A stretch of DNA of 64,000 nucleotides, from contig CAXXMV010000002.1 in NCBI GenBank assembly GCA_963662285.2, forward strand, positions 1,184,001-1,248,000, read 5' to 3'. Positions 40,073 to 55,151 of the stretch are shown here, piece after piece (within the stretch, counting starts at the first letter, position 1; every line of letters begins with the position of its first letter). The translations under genes were made by a program, and so were the position numbers. The notes below the pieces were generated by a model, which worked only from the letters and a program-made list of their open reading frames with translations, was not told the origin of the DNA and ran no database searches. The stretch is from a bacterium. Lineage in GTDB: Bacteria; Hinthialibacterota; Hinthialibacteria; Hinthialibacterales; Hinthialibacteraceae.

Positions 40073-41338
40073 ATGAGAAAACGCATATTATTTACATTTC
40101 TGGCAGTGATAGTATTTCAAGGCTGTTTTGTATTAGTATTAATAATTCTTATCCCAGATAAAATAATCGCGCCTTGGCCCTCTCTGTCGCCGGATTTCGA
40201 GATAAAGCAATTGAATGCTTCGTGCTTGGTATTTTCTCCTAAAGGGAAACACATTGCTATAGCGCACATGGATGGTTGGCATCTGGTTGATTATCAAACG
40301 AGAGAGATTGTTTTTAAGCATAAATGGAAGAAGAAGATTTATATTTATCAAATTTGTTTCTCTCCCGATGGAAAACAAATTGCTATCGGGCATTCCGATG
40401 GTTGGGATGTGGTTGATTGTCAAACGCGGGAGATAGTTGTTAAGTATAGAGGGAAGGAAGATTATATTTCTCAAATGTGTTTCTCGCCGGATGGAAAGAA
40501 ACTACTGACGACTAACAAATACAATAATATCATCGTGTGGGATATTGAATCAAAGCAAGAACTATTCAGGATGGATGATATCGAATTCTGTTGTTCAAGC
40601 GGCTTTTCTTCAGATGGAACAAAAATAATTGCAGCGGTTGGAGGCTATTTTTCAAAAACTGGATATGGCGGGATTTGGGATATAGAGACAGGCGAACCGG
40701 AAAGAATTTTTGATACGAGATGCACCCAGGTAGATTACGCCCCGGATGAGAAAACGGTGATTTTAGCGAATTATAAGCAGATAGAAAGATGGGATGTTGA
40801 AATGGGAAAGAAGATAAACAATATAGCGGAGCTTAGGGGGGCGCTGCATGATATTAACTTTACTATTGATGGCAAGCAGATGATGGTTGGATTCTCGCAA
40901 CTTGGTAATGCAATACTAATTGATATTGAATCAGGGAGAATCTTGAAGGAATTTGAGATTCCCAGAGGAGATATAGTATTCTTAGGTTTATTAGAAAATG
41001 GCGCCTTTGCCCTGATAGGTAATACAGGTGTATCTCCGAAGAAGGATTCAGTTAAAAATCTATTAGATAAACTGCCTTTTTCTGATGTATTCACTCCAGC
41101 ATTTGATAAAGGTGGTCTCTCTGTTTATTCGACTTCTACAGGAGAAATAGTGGTTAGAATGGGTGGATACAATCATTGGCGTAGTTTCGCGCTTTCCCCG
41201 GATCGCTCAATTGCGGCTGGGATTGCTAAAGATTCCGTCTGCTTTTGGGATATCAGCAATATTTCCGGCGATGAGGTTTTTGATTTAGACTATATATATG
41301 TAGCCTGTTATAACTTTTTGAATGGCTGCCTTCATTAG
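40073..41338 (+). CDS. Membrane-anchored WD40-repeat protein, tandem paralog
   Basis: Colinear with the previous ORF, with one extra duplicated blade. Confidence 0.85.
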   Translation: MRKRILFTFLAVIVFQGCFVLVLIILIPDKIIAPWPSLSPDFEIKQLNASCLVFSPKGKHIAIAHMDGWHLVDYQTREIVFKHKWKKKIYIYQICFSPDGKQIAIGHSDGWDVVDCQTREIVVKYRGKEDYISQMCFSPDGKKLLTTNKYNNIIVWDIESKQELFRMDDIEFCCSSGFSSDGTKIIAAVGGYFSKTGYGGIWDIETGEPERIFDTRCTQVDYAPDEKTVILANYKQIERWDVEMGKKINNIAELRGALHDINFTIDGKQMMVGFSQLGNAILIDIESGRILKEFEIPRGDIVFLGLLENGAFALIGNTGVSPKKDSVKNLLDKLPFSDVFTPAFDKGGLSVYSTSTGEIVVRMGGYNHWRSFALSPDRSIAAGIAKDSVCFWDISNISGDEVFDLDYIYVACYNFLNGCLH

Positions 41339-41921
41339 TATTTTTAAGCCATTAATACTACTTACTTATATTTAGAAGGATTTTTGGAACCTTTCGGGTT
41401 ATTCAACAACCGATTTATAGGTTTCAGACATATATATAAGGTGAAATTAGCCGGAAACTGATTATGCAAACGCTTTTTATGGGGGTAGCCCATTAAATTA
41501 GGGCTTTTTGGAGTACTGTTATTGGGGTGAATCAGCTAATTCAGGGGGCAAAATCGGGATTATGGCAAACAAAGCAGGTCAGTAGCAGGTTATATGGAGG
41601 TAAATCAATCAAAAATGGCGAAAAAATGGATGGATTGGAGGGCGTTATCTAATAAAACATAAATAAATTCAAAATAAATACAATTTTTATCTCTTGTATT
41701 ATCAACACATTATGTGCCTTTTAGAAAATATTTGCAAATTATATGTTCACGGGGCTTCATCGGCGCCCCCATATCGCTATTATATGCTCCGCTTGGTAAA
41801 CAAAACGAAGCGAAGGGCGGACAGCGAAGAGCGCTCTTAACCTAGTAAACACAAAGGTTTAAGAAAATTCTTCGAAATCAAAACCAGGAAATAAAAACTT
41901 GAAGAAAGTTGATTGACTGGG

Positions 41922-41949
41922 TTGACAGAGTTCGCGGGGCTGCTAGAAT
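41922..41949 (+). promoter_or_regulatory. rrn promoter (upstream)
   Basis: TTGACA, 16 nt, TAGAAT preceded by TGn. Confidence 0.7.
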
Positions 41950-42084
41950 CTTAACTCGCTGGCCAACAAACAGTGACGCACTGTTGTGAGGAAAGCGGAC
42001 TTAGGCAGACAGCAACCAGATAAGCATCACGCAGCAAGTTGGAAAAAAAGAGAATAAAAAAAAATACGATACACGCAGTAAGCC

Positions 42085-42113
42085 TTGACGAGTAAAGCAC
42101 TTAGCAGTAAACT
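42085..42113 (+). promoter_or_regulatory. rrn promoter (downstream)
   Basis: TTGACG, 17 nt, TAAACT; boxA-like tgctctttgacaa at ~42175-42187. Confidence 0.6.
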
Positions 42114-42368
42114 CTAACAGGCAGGCAACGAGCCTTGAACGGTTCGCGGCGCGAAAAGGAAGGGATTCCTTCCTTGCTCTTTGACAATCGAACAGGTTAG
42201 ACAGTTAACATACCCGTCAACTGTATAAGTAATCTTTTGTTGTTTTGATCCTCTAGGGGGTCAGGATGACACCAAATAAGTATATTCGAACATTGTCACG
42301 TAAGTACGTGGCGTTTGTGAGATTATCAGGTATAAATCACCATTCGGTTAAACGGATGGTTTTCAAAT

Positions 42369-43936
<1,568 letters not shown>

Positions 43937-44162
43937 AGTATTATGCCTCGATGGGGCGTTTAGCACCCTGAGATGGAAAAGCGTCGCTTCCTAGATGAAG
44001 CGGCCGAAGCTCAGATGCTTGACACTTAGTCTCATTCTTGGTAACTCCAAGGTAGAACTTATACAGTAACACCTGTTCGATTGTTATAGATCAAGGAAGA
44101 GCTCCTGCGCGCACTAGCAAATGTGAGTGCGCGTAAGTTTTGTCCGGATAATCAGTTCCGAG

Positions 44163-44238
44163 GGGCCTGTAGCTCAGCTGCGGTTAGAGCGTTCGCCTGA
44201 TAAGCGAAAGGTCACAGGTTCAACTCCTGTCAGGCCCA
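44163..44238 (+). tRNA. tRNA-Ile(GAT), CCA not encoded
   Basis: GGGCCTG/CAGGCCC acceptor stem, ttcgc-ctGATaa-gcgaa, GGTTCAACTCC. Confidence 0.97.
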
Positions 44239-44258
44239 ATCTGACAGTAGACTGAAAA

Positions 44259-44334
44259 GGGGCTGTAGTTCAGCTGGGAGAACGACGGCTTTGCAAGCCG
44301 TAGGTCACCGGTTCGATCCCGGTCAGCTCCACCA
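44259..44334 (+). tRNA. tRNA-Ala(TGC), CCA encoded
   Basis: GGGGCTG/CAGCTCC with G3:U70, acggc-ttTGCaa-gccgt, GGTTCGATCCC, ACCA. Confidence 0.97.
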
Positions 44335-44498
44335 TCATACGTTATATTTGCATTCGCCATATATTACCATGACGAACGCAAATATGCCTCGAATTAACAT
44401 TCGAGCTAAGTATTCAAATTATAGAATACTGTTCTTTGAAAATTGGTTTATAAAGTGTTGTATCTTGTTGTCGGGTGTTGTTGCTAACACAAAGATAC

Positions 44499-47460
<2,962 letters not shown>

Positions 47461-47547
47461 ATGTGTCTTTGATGCGGCAACATCCGACAACCGATACAAC
47501 ACTTGATATATAAACCAATTTAATCAACTCGAAACTACTTTTTAGTT

Positions 47548-47663
47548 TCCGGTGACAATAGCAGAGAGGTCACACCCGTTCCCTTTCCGAACACGGAAGT
47601 TAAGCTCTCTTGCGCCGATGGTACTGCCGCGGACACGTGGTGGGAGAGTAGGACATCGCCGGA
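47548..47663 (+). rRNA. rrf: 5S rRNA
   Basis: tccggtgac...CCGAACACGGAAGTTAAG...GCCGATGGTACT...GGGAGAGTAGG...cgccgga. Confidence 0.97.
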
Positions 47664-47673
47664 TCTATTTTTC

Positions 47674-47704
47674 AAAAAGCCCCTGGCAATCCCAGGGGCT
47701 TTTT
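47674..47704 (+). terminator. rrn terminator
   Basis: aaaaagcccctgg-caatc-ccaggggcttttt. Confidence 0.9.
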
Positions 47705-47941
47705 CTTGTTTATACTACCAAAACCCCCTCTATTTCTACCATCCGAAAACAAAATATTTGTAATCATCTTATGTAAAACGGTAGTTAGATTATCATTCTA
47801 AAGTCAATTGCCATAAAATCTATAGTTTTAGAAAACAACCCCCTCTTGTATACTCAGAGTCCCCAAGTTTGGGGGAGAAGGATTTTGTATATAAACATAT
47901 AGATCGTTTAGACTTAGTTATTGAAAACACTTTGATCATAC

Positions 47942-47997
47942 ATCCCTCTCCCAAGATTGGGAGAGGTTAGGTGAGGGTTGATAATAATCACCCTCGC
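47942..47997 (+). repeat. Intact copy of the hairpin repeat that is interrupted by IS481 at 22392/23900
   Basis: atccctctcccaagattgggagaggttaggtgagggttgat..atcaccctc; related tccccaagtttggggga at ~47860. Confidence 0.8.
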
Positions 47998-48162
47998 AAA
48001 CAAATTTCTACTACAGTTATTTCACCTTCTGGGAGATTCGAAAAAATTGGTAATTTTATCTTATCAAACTGATTGAAAATAACTTTGTTCTATATTGTCA
48101 AATTTAACCGACGTTTTTAGGATAATACGCATACTTTTTTTGAAACTCTATACAATCAACAA

Positions 48163-50973
48163 TTACAACCTGTCGCCTTCAGATATAATTGTCACTCGAA
48201 CTCGTGGTTTTATCTTGTCTTTTCCTTCATGGGTAAAGACAATTTCATTATCGCCTTTATTGAGCATGGGTATTTCACCAATCGGTTTGATCTCTCCAAT
48301 TAAATCACCGTCCGCTCCAAAATGCATACAATTCGTTAGAGAATAAAATTCAAGATACTGGCCGCTTTCAAGGGCTATGGGGAAAACTATCTTTTTCCCA
48401 TCTATCATGATGGCTGGATTATTGATTGTATTACTTATTGTTGGCAGGGCTTTGATGGCGCCGATTTTTACTTGCGCTTCTGTATTGATAGCAATGTTGT
48501 TTACCCAAATATTCAAATTGGATACATGGTCAAATTTAAGTTTTTCCCTATAAATTGAATACGTCGAACCGTAGGGCCATTTATAATTATTGTAACGCTC
48601 CGATTCCATTTCAAGCAACTCGCAATATTTCCAGCCAGTGAAATCAATAACGATATATCTTTCTCCATATCCACCGATCAGGTGCTCTGGACTGCGTAAT
48701 TGAATATTTAACACCTCTCCCTTGCCATCGCCATATACCCACAAACCTAATGCTTGATGTTTGCTAAGATCCAAATTCGGCTCAAAAGGTACTTCAATTT
48801 TAGCCCAGGCGCCTTTTCCATCCTTTTGACCTATGTTCTTTACTGTTATTTCATTGATAAATGGACCAAACTTACCTGATTCCTTTTTACATTGGAAATC
48901 GAGTTGAACTCCCTCCGCTGTTGCATGACTCATCTGATCTTTATTAGGGGAAAAGTCGACCAGAATCTTATTCTCTTCCGAATCGTACAATTCCGCCGAC
49001 ATCAGCGCTTCGATTCTTAATTTAACAGGTTGAGATTCAAATGGATTATTTGATATCCAAAGCGCTTCATTATCTACTACCTCTTCAATTTTATGCTTAT
49101 CGTATTGACGTGGATAAAAACTCCAGTCATCTTTTGAATCCTTTTTAAGAGTGTATTCGCTTCCCGGAATCCGCAGTTTCTCCTTGATAGACTCATCAAA
49201 ATAATTGGCATGGCGTAAATCTTCATACTGTTTCATGATTCCGGCCAGGCGTTTAAATACAGGTTTATTACAGTTCGAGGGATTAATCCCCATGATCGAA
49301 AAGCCCACATCCGTGCCTATACATTTACCGCAGAGATATTCAATATCGTCGGAAAATGTCGGTTCTCCCTGGATTCCAGTCCAGGTCTTAGTGGCCCACC
49401 ATCCTAAATGACCTGGCAGGAACATGCGTTTCAAACCTTCATTGGCCTGGCAATGGATATCAATAAAGCGTTTGTGCCCCCTTGTTGGATGATCCCAGGC
49501 GCCCATTCTGGAACGGACATACCAAAGATGGTGATGAAAGGTACTCATTTCCATCAAGGCGGATTTCTTTAAGCGGGAAAACAATTCGAAGACATATTTG
49601 GAACCATAATGCCATGAGTTTTCTGATCCGCCCAGAATATCTTCTCCATCCAAGGCATCAAGATAGATCATGTCGAATCCACACTCATTAAAAGCCTGCG
49701 CAGATTTACTGGCCACTTCCGCTAAAAGCGTTGAGTCGCCATCAGGAACAAATAAGCCAAAACATTCTTTCAGATGATGTACTTTGGCGCCCTTGGGATG
49801 CTGCGATACTTTGGTTCCATACGCGCCTCTTTTGCACTGCAAAAACGCATAGGGAGGCTGTTTGTCTATATCACTGTATGTAATGAGTTCATCTTCGATT
49901 TGCAGGGTTACGCTATTTCGCACGAAAAATCCCGTCAAATTAGACATATTTTCGGTCGATTCGATGACGGGTACTTTGGTTTCATCCTCGGAAAGGTCGG
50001 AAGCCAGTGTCAACGTAGCGTCTTTCGCCAAACGTGGATCGGGTATTGGCGTTACCCAGGGACATTTTTTATCAATAAAGAATGCATAAGTATGCAGACC
50101 AGCTGATATCCCGGCGGCATGCAGGCGGTCAATCACGCGCTTAAGGCTCTTGCGCCCTTCTGGATACGTCTTGGGATTGGGCAAACAATCACCAAAGCGA
50201 AATGATGTGCCTCCATGAAAATCAATTTGATTAATGCCCAACTGATTCGCTAGAGATATCCATTGATCTACTGCGTCTTCGGATAGATCTCCGAAATTAA
50301 ACAGGTATGATCCTTTGTTAATCGGACCATCCAATGCCCATGGTCCACCGATGGTTGAATGGGGCAAGTCCTTCGATTGACTGACAACTTCTTGTATTAC
50401 TTCACGCAAATCACTTTGCAAACAGCCGATCAAAGCCATTTCGGCGCCCACCATACCAAACCGTGGATAACACATTGCATGTATTTTGCTATTAGCTTGA
50501 GGCAATTCCGGGACATTGGTTTGTAAATTCAGAGCCAAGGCGCATCCCGCTATAGGATCACCAGGAGATTTAAGAGATAAATCAATGAAGGTCAGCGACT
50601 CAACATCATCACCCGCAACCTCGATAACTTCAAATAAAAAGTAGCGCTTGTTGATCGTTGCCTTGACTAATGCATGGACGCCGGATTCACCGAACTTATA
50701 CTGTATCTGTGTCCCATCGTACGAGACTTCGCTAACCGGCCAATCCCGACCACCTGATTTGACCGATGCGCAGTAAGGAGTCGCCGCCTGATCGCAGTAA
50801 TCCTGGCCGGATTTTTTATCGGTAAAATGTAGATTCCTACCATCTGATCCGATTTCATAGATAACACAATCATTCTCCAGTGAGATATTGGCGGATTCGA
50901 CGATTAATGCTGAAAAAAAACAATAAAATAGCGTAAATACCAAGACGTTTCTCATATTTGGGTTCCTTCTCAC
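48163..50973 (-). CDS. Secreted hypothetical protein, probable TIM-barrel glycoside hydrolase with carbohydrate-binding-like inserts
   Basis: Signal peptide; GINQIDFHGG, IDRLHAAGISAGLHTY, FDMIYLDALDG; late DLSKHQALGLWVYGDG..IDFTGWKY CBM11-like segment. Confidence 0.6.
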   Translation of the reverse strand: MRRNPNMRNVLVFTLFYCFFSALIVESANISLENDCVIYEIGSDGRNLHFTDKKSGQDYCDQAATPYCASVKSGGRDWPVSEVSYDGTQIQYKFGESGVHALVKATINKRYFLFEVIEVAGDDVESLTFIDLSLKSPGDPIAGCALALNLQTNVPELPQANSKIHAMCYPRFGMVGAEMALIGCLQSDLREVIQEVVSQSKDLPHSTIGGPWALDGPINKGSYLFNFGDLSEDAVDQWISLANQLGINQIDFHGGTSFRFGDCLPNPKTYPEGRKSLKRVIDRLHAAGISAGLHTYAFFIDKKCPWVTPIPDPRLAKDATLTLASDLSEDETKVPVIESTENMSNLTGFFVRNSVTLQIEDELITYSDIDKQPPYAFLQCKRGAYGTKVSQHPKGAKVHHLKECFGLFVPDGDSTLLAEVASKSAQAFNECGFDMIYLDALDGEDILGGSENSWHYGSKYVFELFSRLKKSALMEMSTFHHHLWYVRSRMGAWDHPTRGHKRFIDIHCQANEGLKRMFLPGHLGWWATKTWTGIQGEPTFSDDIEYLCGKCIGTDVGFSIMGINPSNCNKPVFKRLAGIMKQYEDLRHANYFDESIKEKLRIPGSEYTLKKDSKDDWSFYPRQYDKHKIEEVVDNEALWISNNPFESQPVKLRIEALMSAELYDSEENKILVDFSPNKDQMSHATAEGVQLDFQCKKESGKFGPFINEITVKNIGQKDGKGAWAKIEVPFEPNLDLSKHQALGLWVYGDGKGEVLNIQLRSPEHLIGGYGERYIVIDFTGWKYCELLEMESERYNNYKWPYGSTYSIYREKLKFDHVSNLNIWVNNIAINTEAQVKIGAIKALPTISNTINNPAIMIDGKKIVFPIALESGQYLEFYSLTNCMHFGADGDLIGEIKPIGEIPMLNKGDNEIVFTHEGKDKIKPRVRVTIISEGDRL

Positions 50974-51095
50974 ACGGTATTATGAAACCTGTTTAGTTAA
51001 ATTTGAAAATTCTACTTTCTCATTAATTCTTACTTTCGTCTAGAGTCATTTTCCTAATAACTTTCTAATCTGTGATTCTAAAAAGCCGAAAAAGA

Positions 51096-51136
51096 TTGAC
51101 CTTATTTGGCAATTTGGCTAAAATGCCAAATAAGGT
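51096..51136 (+). promoter_or_regulatory. sigma70 promoter overlapped by a 13-bp inverted repeat (probable ArsR operator)
   Basis: TTGACC (51096), 17 nt, TAAAAT (51119); accttatttggca-12nt-tgccaaataaggt (51099-51136). Confidence 0.8.
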
Positions 51137-51174
51137 TATGCGTCAAGAAATCCTGAAAATGGAGGAAGAATATC

Positions 51175-51864
51175 ATGTCAAAGACAATCGGGAGAAGAGA
51201 GTTAATTGGCGTTGCAGGAGCGGCGGCAGTGGTGAGCGTTGTTGGCAACGATGCTACGGGACAGGAGAACAAAACCAAACGCAAAATTATTGGCGTCTGT
51301 TGTAGTCCGCGTAAAGGAATGACAACCTCATCGGCGCTTACCGCATGTTTGAACGCAGTTAAAGAAAAAGACCCTAATTTAGAAACCGAACTAATTGAAC
51401 TGGCCGAACTCAGCATCCCGGCGCAGTTGGCCGCTGGTCAGCCTTTACGCAAAGGTGAGACGGATGATTTTCCCATCATCGTCGAGAAACTTGGTGATCC
51501 AGCCGTGGTCGGAATCATTGTCGGTTCACCGGTATATTTCGGGAATATGAGCGCCTTATGCAAGGCTTTTCTAGACCGTTGCATTGCATTCCGGAAAGAT
51601 GGATTCAAACTCCGCAACAAGGTCGCGGGAGTCTTGGCAGTCGGTGGAGCACGCAATGGTGGCCAGGAACTGACTATTCGTTCCATTCAAACATCGTTGA
51701 TGTGTCAGGACATGATAATCGTTGGTGACGGTCAACCTTCGGCGCGGATCGGAGCGACGCTCTGGAGTCAGAGCAACTCTATTGATGATGATTCATTTGG
51801 GCAGGGTACTGTGAAAAATCTTGGAAACCGTGTTGCTGAAATGGCGTCGCTAATTAGAAGATGA
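51175..51864 (+). CDS. Flavodoxin-fold FMN reductase (iron-sulfur-flavoprotein-like) with Tat-like leader
   Basis: GRRELIG leader, CSPRKG, GSPVYFG, KAFLDR, GGARNGGQE. Confidence 0.85.
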   Translation: MSKTIGRRELIGVAGAAAVVSVVGNDATGQENKTKRKIIGVCCSPRKGMTTSSALTACLNAVKEKDPNLETELIELAELSIPAQLAAGQPLRKGETDDFPIIVEKLGDPAVVGIIVGSPVYFGNMSALCKAFLDRCIAFRKDGFKLRNKVAGVLAVGGARNGGQELTIRSIQTSLMCQDMIIVGDGQPSARIGATLWSQSNSIDDDSFGQGTVKNLGNRVAEMASLIRR

Positions 51865-51921
51865 TGCAACTCCAGTTTAAGGTTAACAATGATATAACAA
51901 TTGGGGAAAAGTCTATCTAGT

Positions 51922-52239
51922 ATGGATCAAAAAACCAGACAACAACTCGAATTGAGAGCAAGAATAATTAAGTCTCTTGCTCATCCATCCCGTTTGCTCG
52001 TAGTGCAAACTTTGAGCGATGGAGAGCAGTGCGTATGCTGCCTGACCGCATTGATCGGTTCTGATATGTCGACTGTTTCAAAGCATCTTGCTCTCTTAAA
52101 GAATGCTGGAATTATTCAAGATGAAAAACGGGGCAATCAGGTTTTCTATAGATTGAAAACTCCCTGCGTCTTGAATTTTCTGAAATGCGTGGAACGGGTA
52201 ATAGAGGAATCACATCAATCACATATAGATATGGCCTGA
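51922..52239 (+). CDS. ArsR/SmtB family regulator
   Basis: KSLAHPSRL, EQCVCCL, STVSKHLALLKNAG, VFYRL..PC; ATG 51922 preferred to TTG 51901. Confidence 0.92.
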   Translation: MDQKTRQQLELRARIIKSLAHPSRLLVVQTLSDGEQCVCCLTALIGSDMSTVSKHLALLKNAGIIQDEKRGNQVFYRLKTPCVLNFLKCVERVIEESHQSHIDMA

Positions 52240-52330
52240 TCTGCTTAGGCGGAAAAATATGGTTTTCGAATCCTAATGGCCGCATTGAGTAATGTGATTT
52301 CCAGAATGATCTAAAAAGGATAACAAACTT

Positions 52331-53563
52331 ATGAACAATCAAAAAAGCGTCTCAAAAAAATATGCTGGTCTATATTACACTCTGTTGGCGCTGCTCTTGT
52401 TTGTACCCATCATTCTATCTCTATCTACGAAAATGTGGGTTCTGACAGCAATCAGTATTGGCGTTCTATTTGGATTCTTTTTACAAAAAGGCGACCTATG
52501 CGGAGCATCGGCGTTCAGCGAAATCCTTCTTTTACGTAGTTGGAGAAAAGTTTTTGGAATATGGGTGGCAATCGTTGTCTCAATGATCGGTTTTGCGGTA
52601 TTGAACTCATTGGGATTGATTGCGCTAAATCCGAAACCTTTCATCTGGCTGAATTACATTGTCGGAGGGGTGATTTTTGGCGTAGGCATGGTATTGGCTG
52701 GTGGATGCGTCAGCGGCTGTTTGTATAAAGCAGGCGCCGGAAACCTCAATTCAATGGCAGGTCTGGTTGGCATCCCTATCGGAGTAGCCATGGTTGAATT
52801 CGGACCATTTTCTTCATTTCATAAATATATGAAGCAATTCATTATCCGGGCGGATGATGGATCATCAATCACATTATCTTCATTAACCGGGTTGCCATAT
52901 TGGCTGCTGGCGTTAGGCTTCGCAATCATAACGATATTGTTGGTGTTCTTTTTATCAAAACAAAAAACAAATTCTGCTAACAATAAAAGGTTGGAAGAGA
53001 GAATCTTTTTCCAGTCTTGGAAACCTTGGATGGCTGGGCTTGCTATCGGTCTTTTATCCATTCCCGCCTATTTATCGTCTGCTGAAAGCGGCAGAAATTA
53101 TCCCTTAGGCGTCACTCATGGCGTGCTGCATGCAGAATTACTTTTAACCGATCAACAGTTTAACCATGTCTTTCAAAAGAAGACCACAACACCCCAGCCT
53201 GCTATCAATGCGCAAAATAAATCCACCGTTCCGGCTCAAAACAATTCAAATCCTCCCAAAAAAATTGTATGGTGGCTTGTAGCATTAATTATCAGTATGG
53301 TGGCCGGTTCATTTATCTCTGGGAAATTATCCGGTCAAACGCGCTTGTTACCCAAGCCTCCGGAACAAACATTTATTGCATTTTTTGGGGGAATATTAGT
53401 TGGAACAGGAGCGGCTTTTGCCACTGGATGCGTCATCGGAAACATCTTTTCCGGATTTGCATTGATGAGCGTAGGTAATTATCTATTTGCAGTCGTGGCC
53501 ATTTTAGCCAATTGGTTCACAACATATTTCTATCTGATGGGCGCCTCACTGAAAAAATCTTAA
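52331..53563 (+). CDS. YeeE/YedE (thiosulfate/sulfur) transporter
   Basis: Multiple TM helices; conserved Cys in GDLCGASAF, LAGGCVSG, FATGCVIG. Confidence 0.88.
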   Translation: MNNQKSVSKKYAGLYYTLLALLLFVPIILSLSTKMWVLTAISIGVLFGFFLQKGDLCGASAFSEILLLRSWRKVFGIWVAIVVSMIGFAVLNSLGLIALNPKPFIWLNYIVGGVIFGVGMVLAGGCVSGCLYKAGAGNLNSMAGLVGIPIGVAMVEFGPFSSFHKYMKQFIIRADDGSSITLSSLTGLPYWLLALGFAIITILLVFFLSKQKTNSANNKRLEERIFFQSWKPWMAGLAIGLLSIPAYLSSAESGRNYPLGVTHGVLHAELLLTDQQFNHVFQKKTTTPQPAINAQNKSTVPAQNNSNPPKKIVWWLVALIISMVAGSFISGKLSGQTRLLPKPPEQTFIAFFGGILVGTGAAFATGCVIGNIFSGFALMSVGNYLFAVVAILANWFTTYFYLMGASLKKS

Positions 53564-53810
53564 ATCTTAACTCATGATTTTCGAGTGCATTCCATAATAA
53601 CATTAGTGGAACAATTAATTCATCTCGGTTACAATTCTATTGAATGACGATTTGGGTTAAGATGGATCATATCTAGAGCGATTCTAAAAATAACATGCGT
53701 CAATTCGGTTGTTATAAGTCCCCTCTTTTGGGGACTTTTAACAAATTCAACGTTTTCAATACGCATATATTTTGGTTAACCGCTATATCTGAATAAAGAG
53801 GTTAAAACCA

Positions 53811-55103
53811 TTGAAAAAACGGATTCTGACTATCTATTTTATCGTCGTAATGTCTGCATTGATTAGCTGGAGTGATTGGCCGCAATTCCGTGGACCCAAC
53901 AATGATGGGCATGCCGTCCTGCAGGCTGGAGAACAGGCCAAACCGCTGCCCGTTGAGTTTAATGAGTCTACCAATGTCAAGTGGAAAATTCCCATACATG
54001 ATCTGGGGTGGTGCACTCCGGTTATTATGGGTAAGCAGGTCTGGTTGACAACGGCGTCGCTTGATGGACGCAAAATGTATGTTCTTTGCATTGACAGGGA
54101 ATCTGGCGAAATTCTATTGGATCGTCAACAATTTAATATTGAATCACCCCGGCCATTAGGCAATGATGTCAATACCTACGCTTCGCCTTCCTGCGTCATT
54201 GAAGAGGGAAGAGTTTATGTTCATTTTGGCAGTTACGGCACTGCGTGTATTGATACGAAGACCTTCAAGACGCTGTGGCAACGGCAGGACCTTCCCTGCA
54301 ACCATTTCCGGGGCCCGGCCTCATCGCCCATTCTGTTTGAAGACAAATTAATCTTGACCTTTGATGGCTCCGATTACCAATATCAGGCGGCGTTAAATAA
54401 AATCACTGGCGAAACAATCTGGAAAACCGACCGCGATTCAAATTTCAAAGATTTGGATAATGAGGGAAAGCCCAAGCGTGATGGTGATTTACGCAAAGCT
54501 TATTGCACTCCCTATATCGCCATGATTGATAATCAACCGCAAATGTTGGTTGCGGCTTCACATACCTCATTCTGCTATGATCCACGATCCGGCGAAGAAA
54601 TATGGCGCATTGACCACGAGGGTTACTCCATCGCTTCAATGTCGTTATATGGTCATGGTTTGATTTATATCTTTACCGGACGCAGCCGCCCTGATTTACT
54701 AGCGGTGCAACCGGGCGGTAAGGGAGATATTACCAAGACGCACATCAAGTGGAAATACAACAAAGGAGTTCCATCCATGTGCTCGCCCATTATGGTTGGT
54801 GATCTTATTTACTTTGTGAATAACGGCGGCGTTATTACCTGTCTGGATGCAAAAACGGGAGAAGAGGTTTGGAAGGATCGCTTGAAAGGTCAATACTATG
54901 CATCTCCCATCTTTGCGGATAATAAACTCTATTTTTGTAATGTTACTGGAGATGTGACTATTATTAAACCAGGAAGAAAAATGAATATTTTAAAGATCAA
55001 TACTTTATCTGATGGTTTCATGTCTTCACCGGCAGCCATCAATGGTGAATTATACTTGAGGACCAAATCTCATCTGTATCGCATCGAACAAATTGGTTCG
55101 TAA
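53811..55103 (+). CDS. Secreted PQQ-like beta-propeller protein
   Basis: DWPQFRGP after the signal peptide; repeated SP..../TG..xW blades. Confidence 0.88.
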   Translation: MKKRILTIYFIVVMSALISWSDWPQFRGPNNDGHAVLQAGEQAKPLPVEFNESTNVKWKIPIHDLGWCTPVIMGKQVWLTTASLDGRKMYVLCIDRESGEILLDRQQFNIESPRPLGNDVNTYASPSCVIEEGRVYVHFGSYGTACIDTKTFKTLWQRQDLPCNHFRGPASSPILFEDKLILTFDGSDYQYQAALNKITGETIWKTDRDSNFKDLDNEGKPKRDGDLRKAYCTPYIAMIDNQPQMLVAASHTSFCYDPRSGEEIWRIDHEGYSIASMSLYGHGLIYIFTGRSRPDLLAVQPGGKGDITKTHIKWKYNKGVPSMCSPIMVGDLIYFVNNGGVITCLDAKTGEEVWKDRLKGQYYASPIFADNKLYFCNVTGDVTIIKPGRKMNILKINTLSDGFMSSPAAINGELYLRTKSHLYRIEQIGS

Positions 55104-55151
55104 TTAGTGGAGCCCTTGATGATTCAAGGGTAAAAAAAGGAGATTGTTAAT

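Noticed and set aside
41340-41900. Long AT-rich non-coding stretch before rrn
   Set aside because: No convincing ORF, repeat or RNA motif; consistent with upstream promoter DNA.
44163-44238. tRNA-Ile lacking an encoded CCA
   Set aside because: Common in bacteria with a CCA-adding enzyme.
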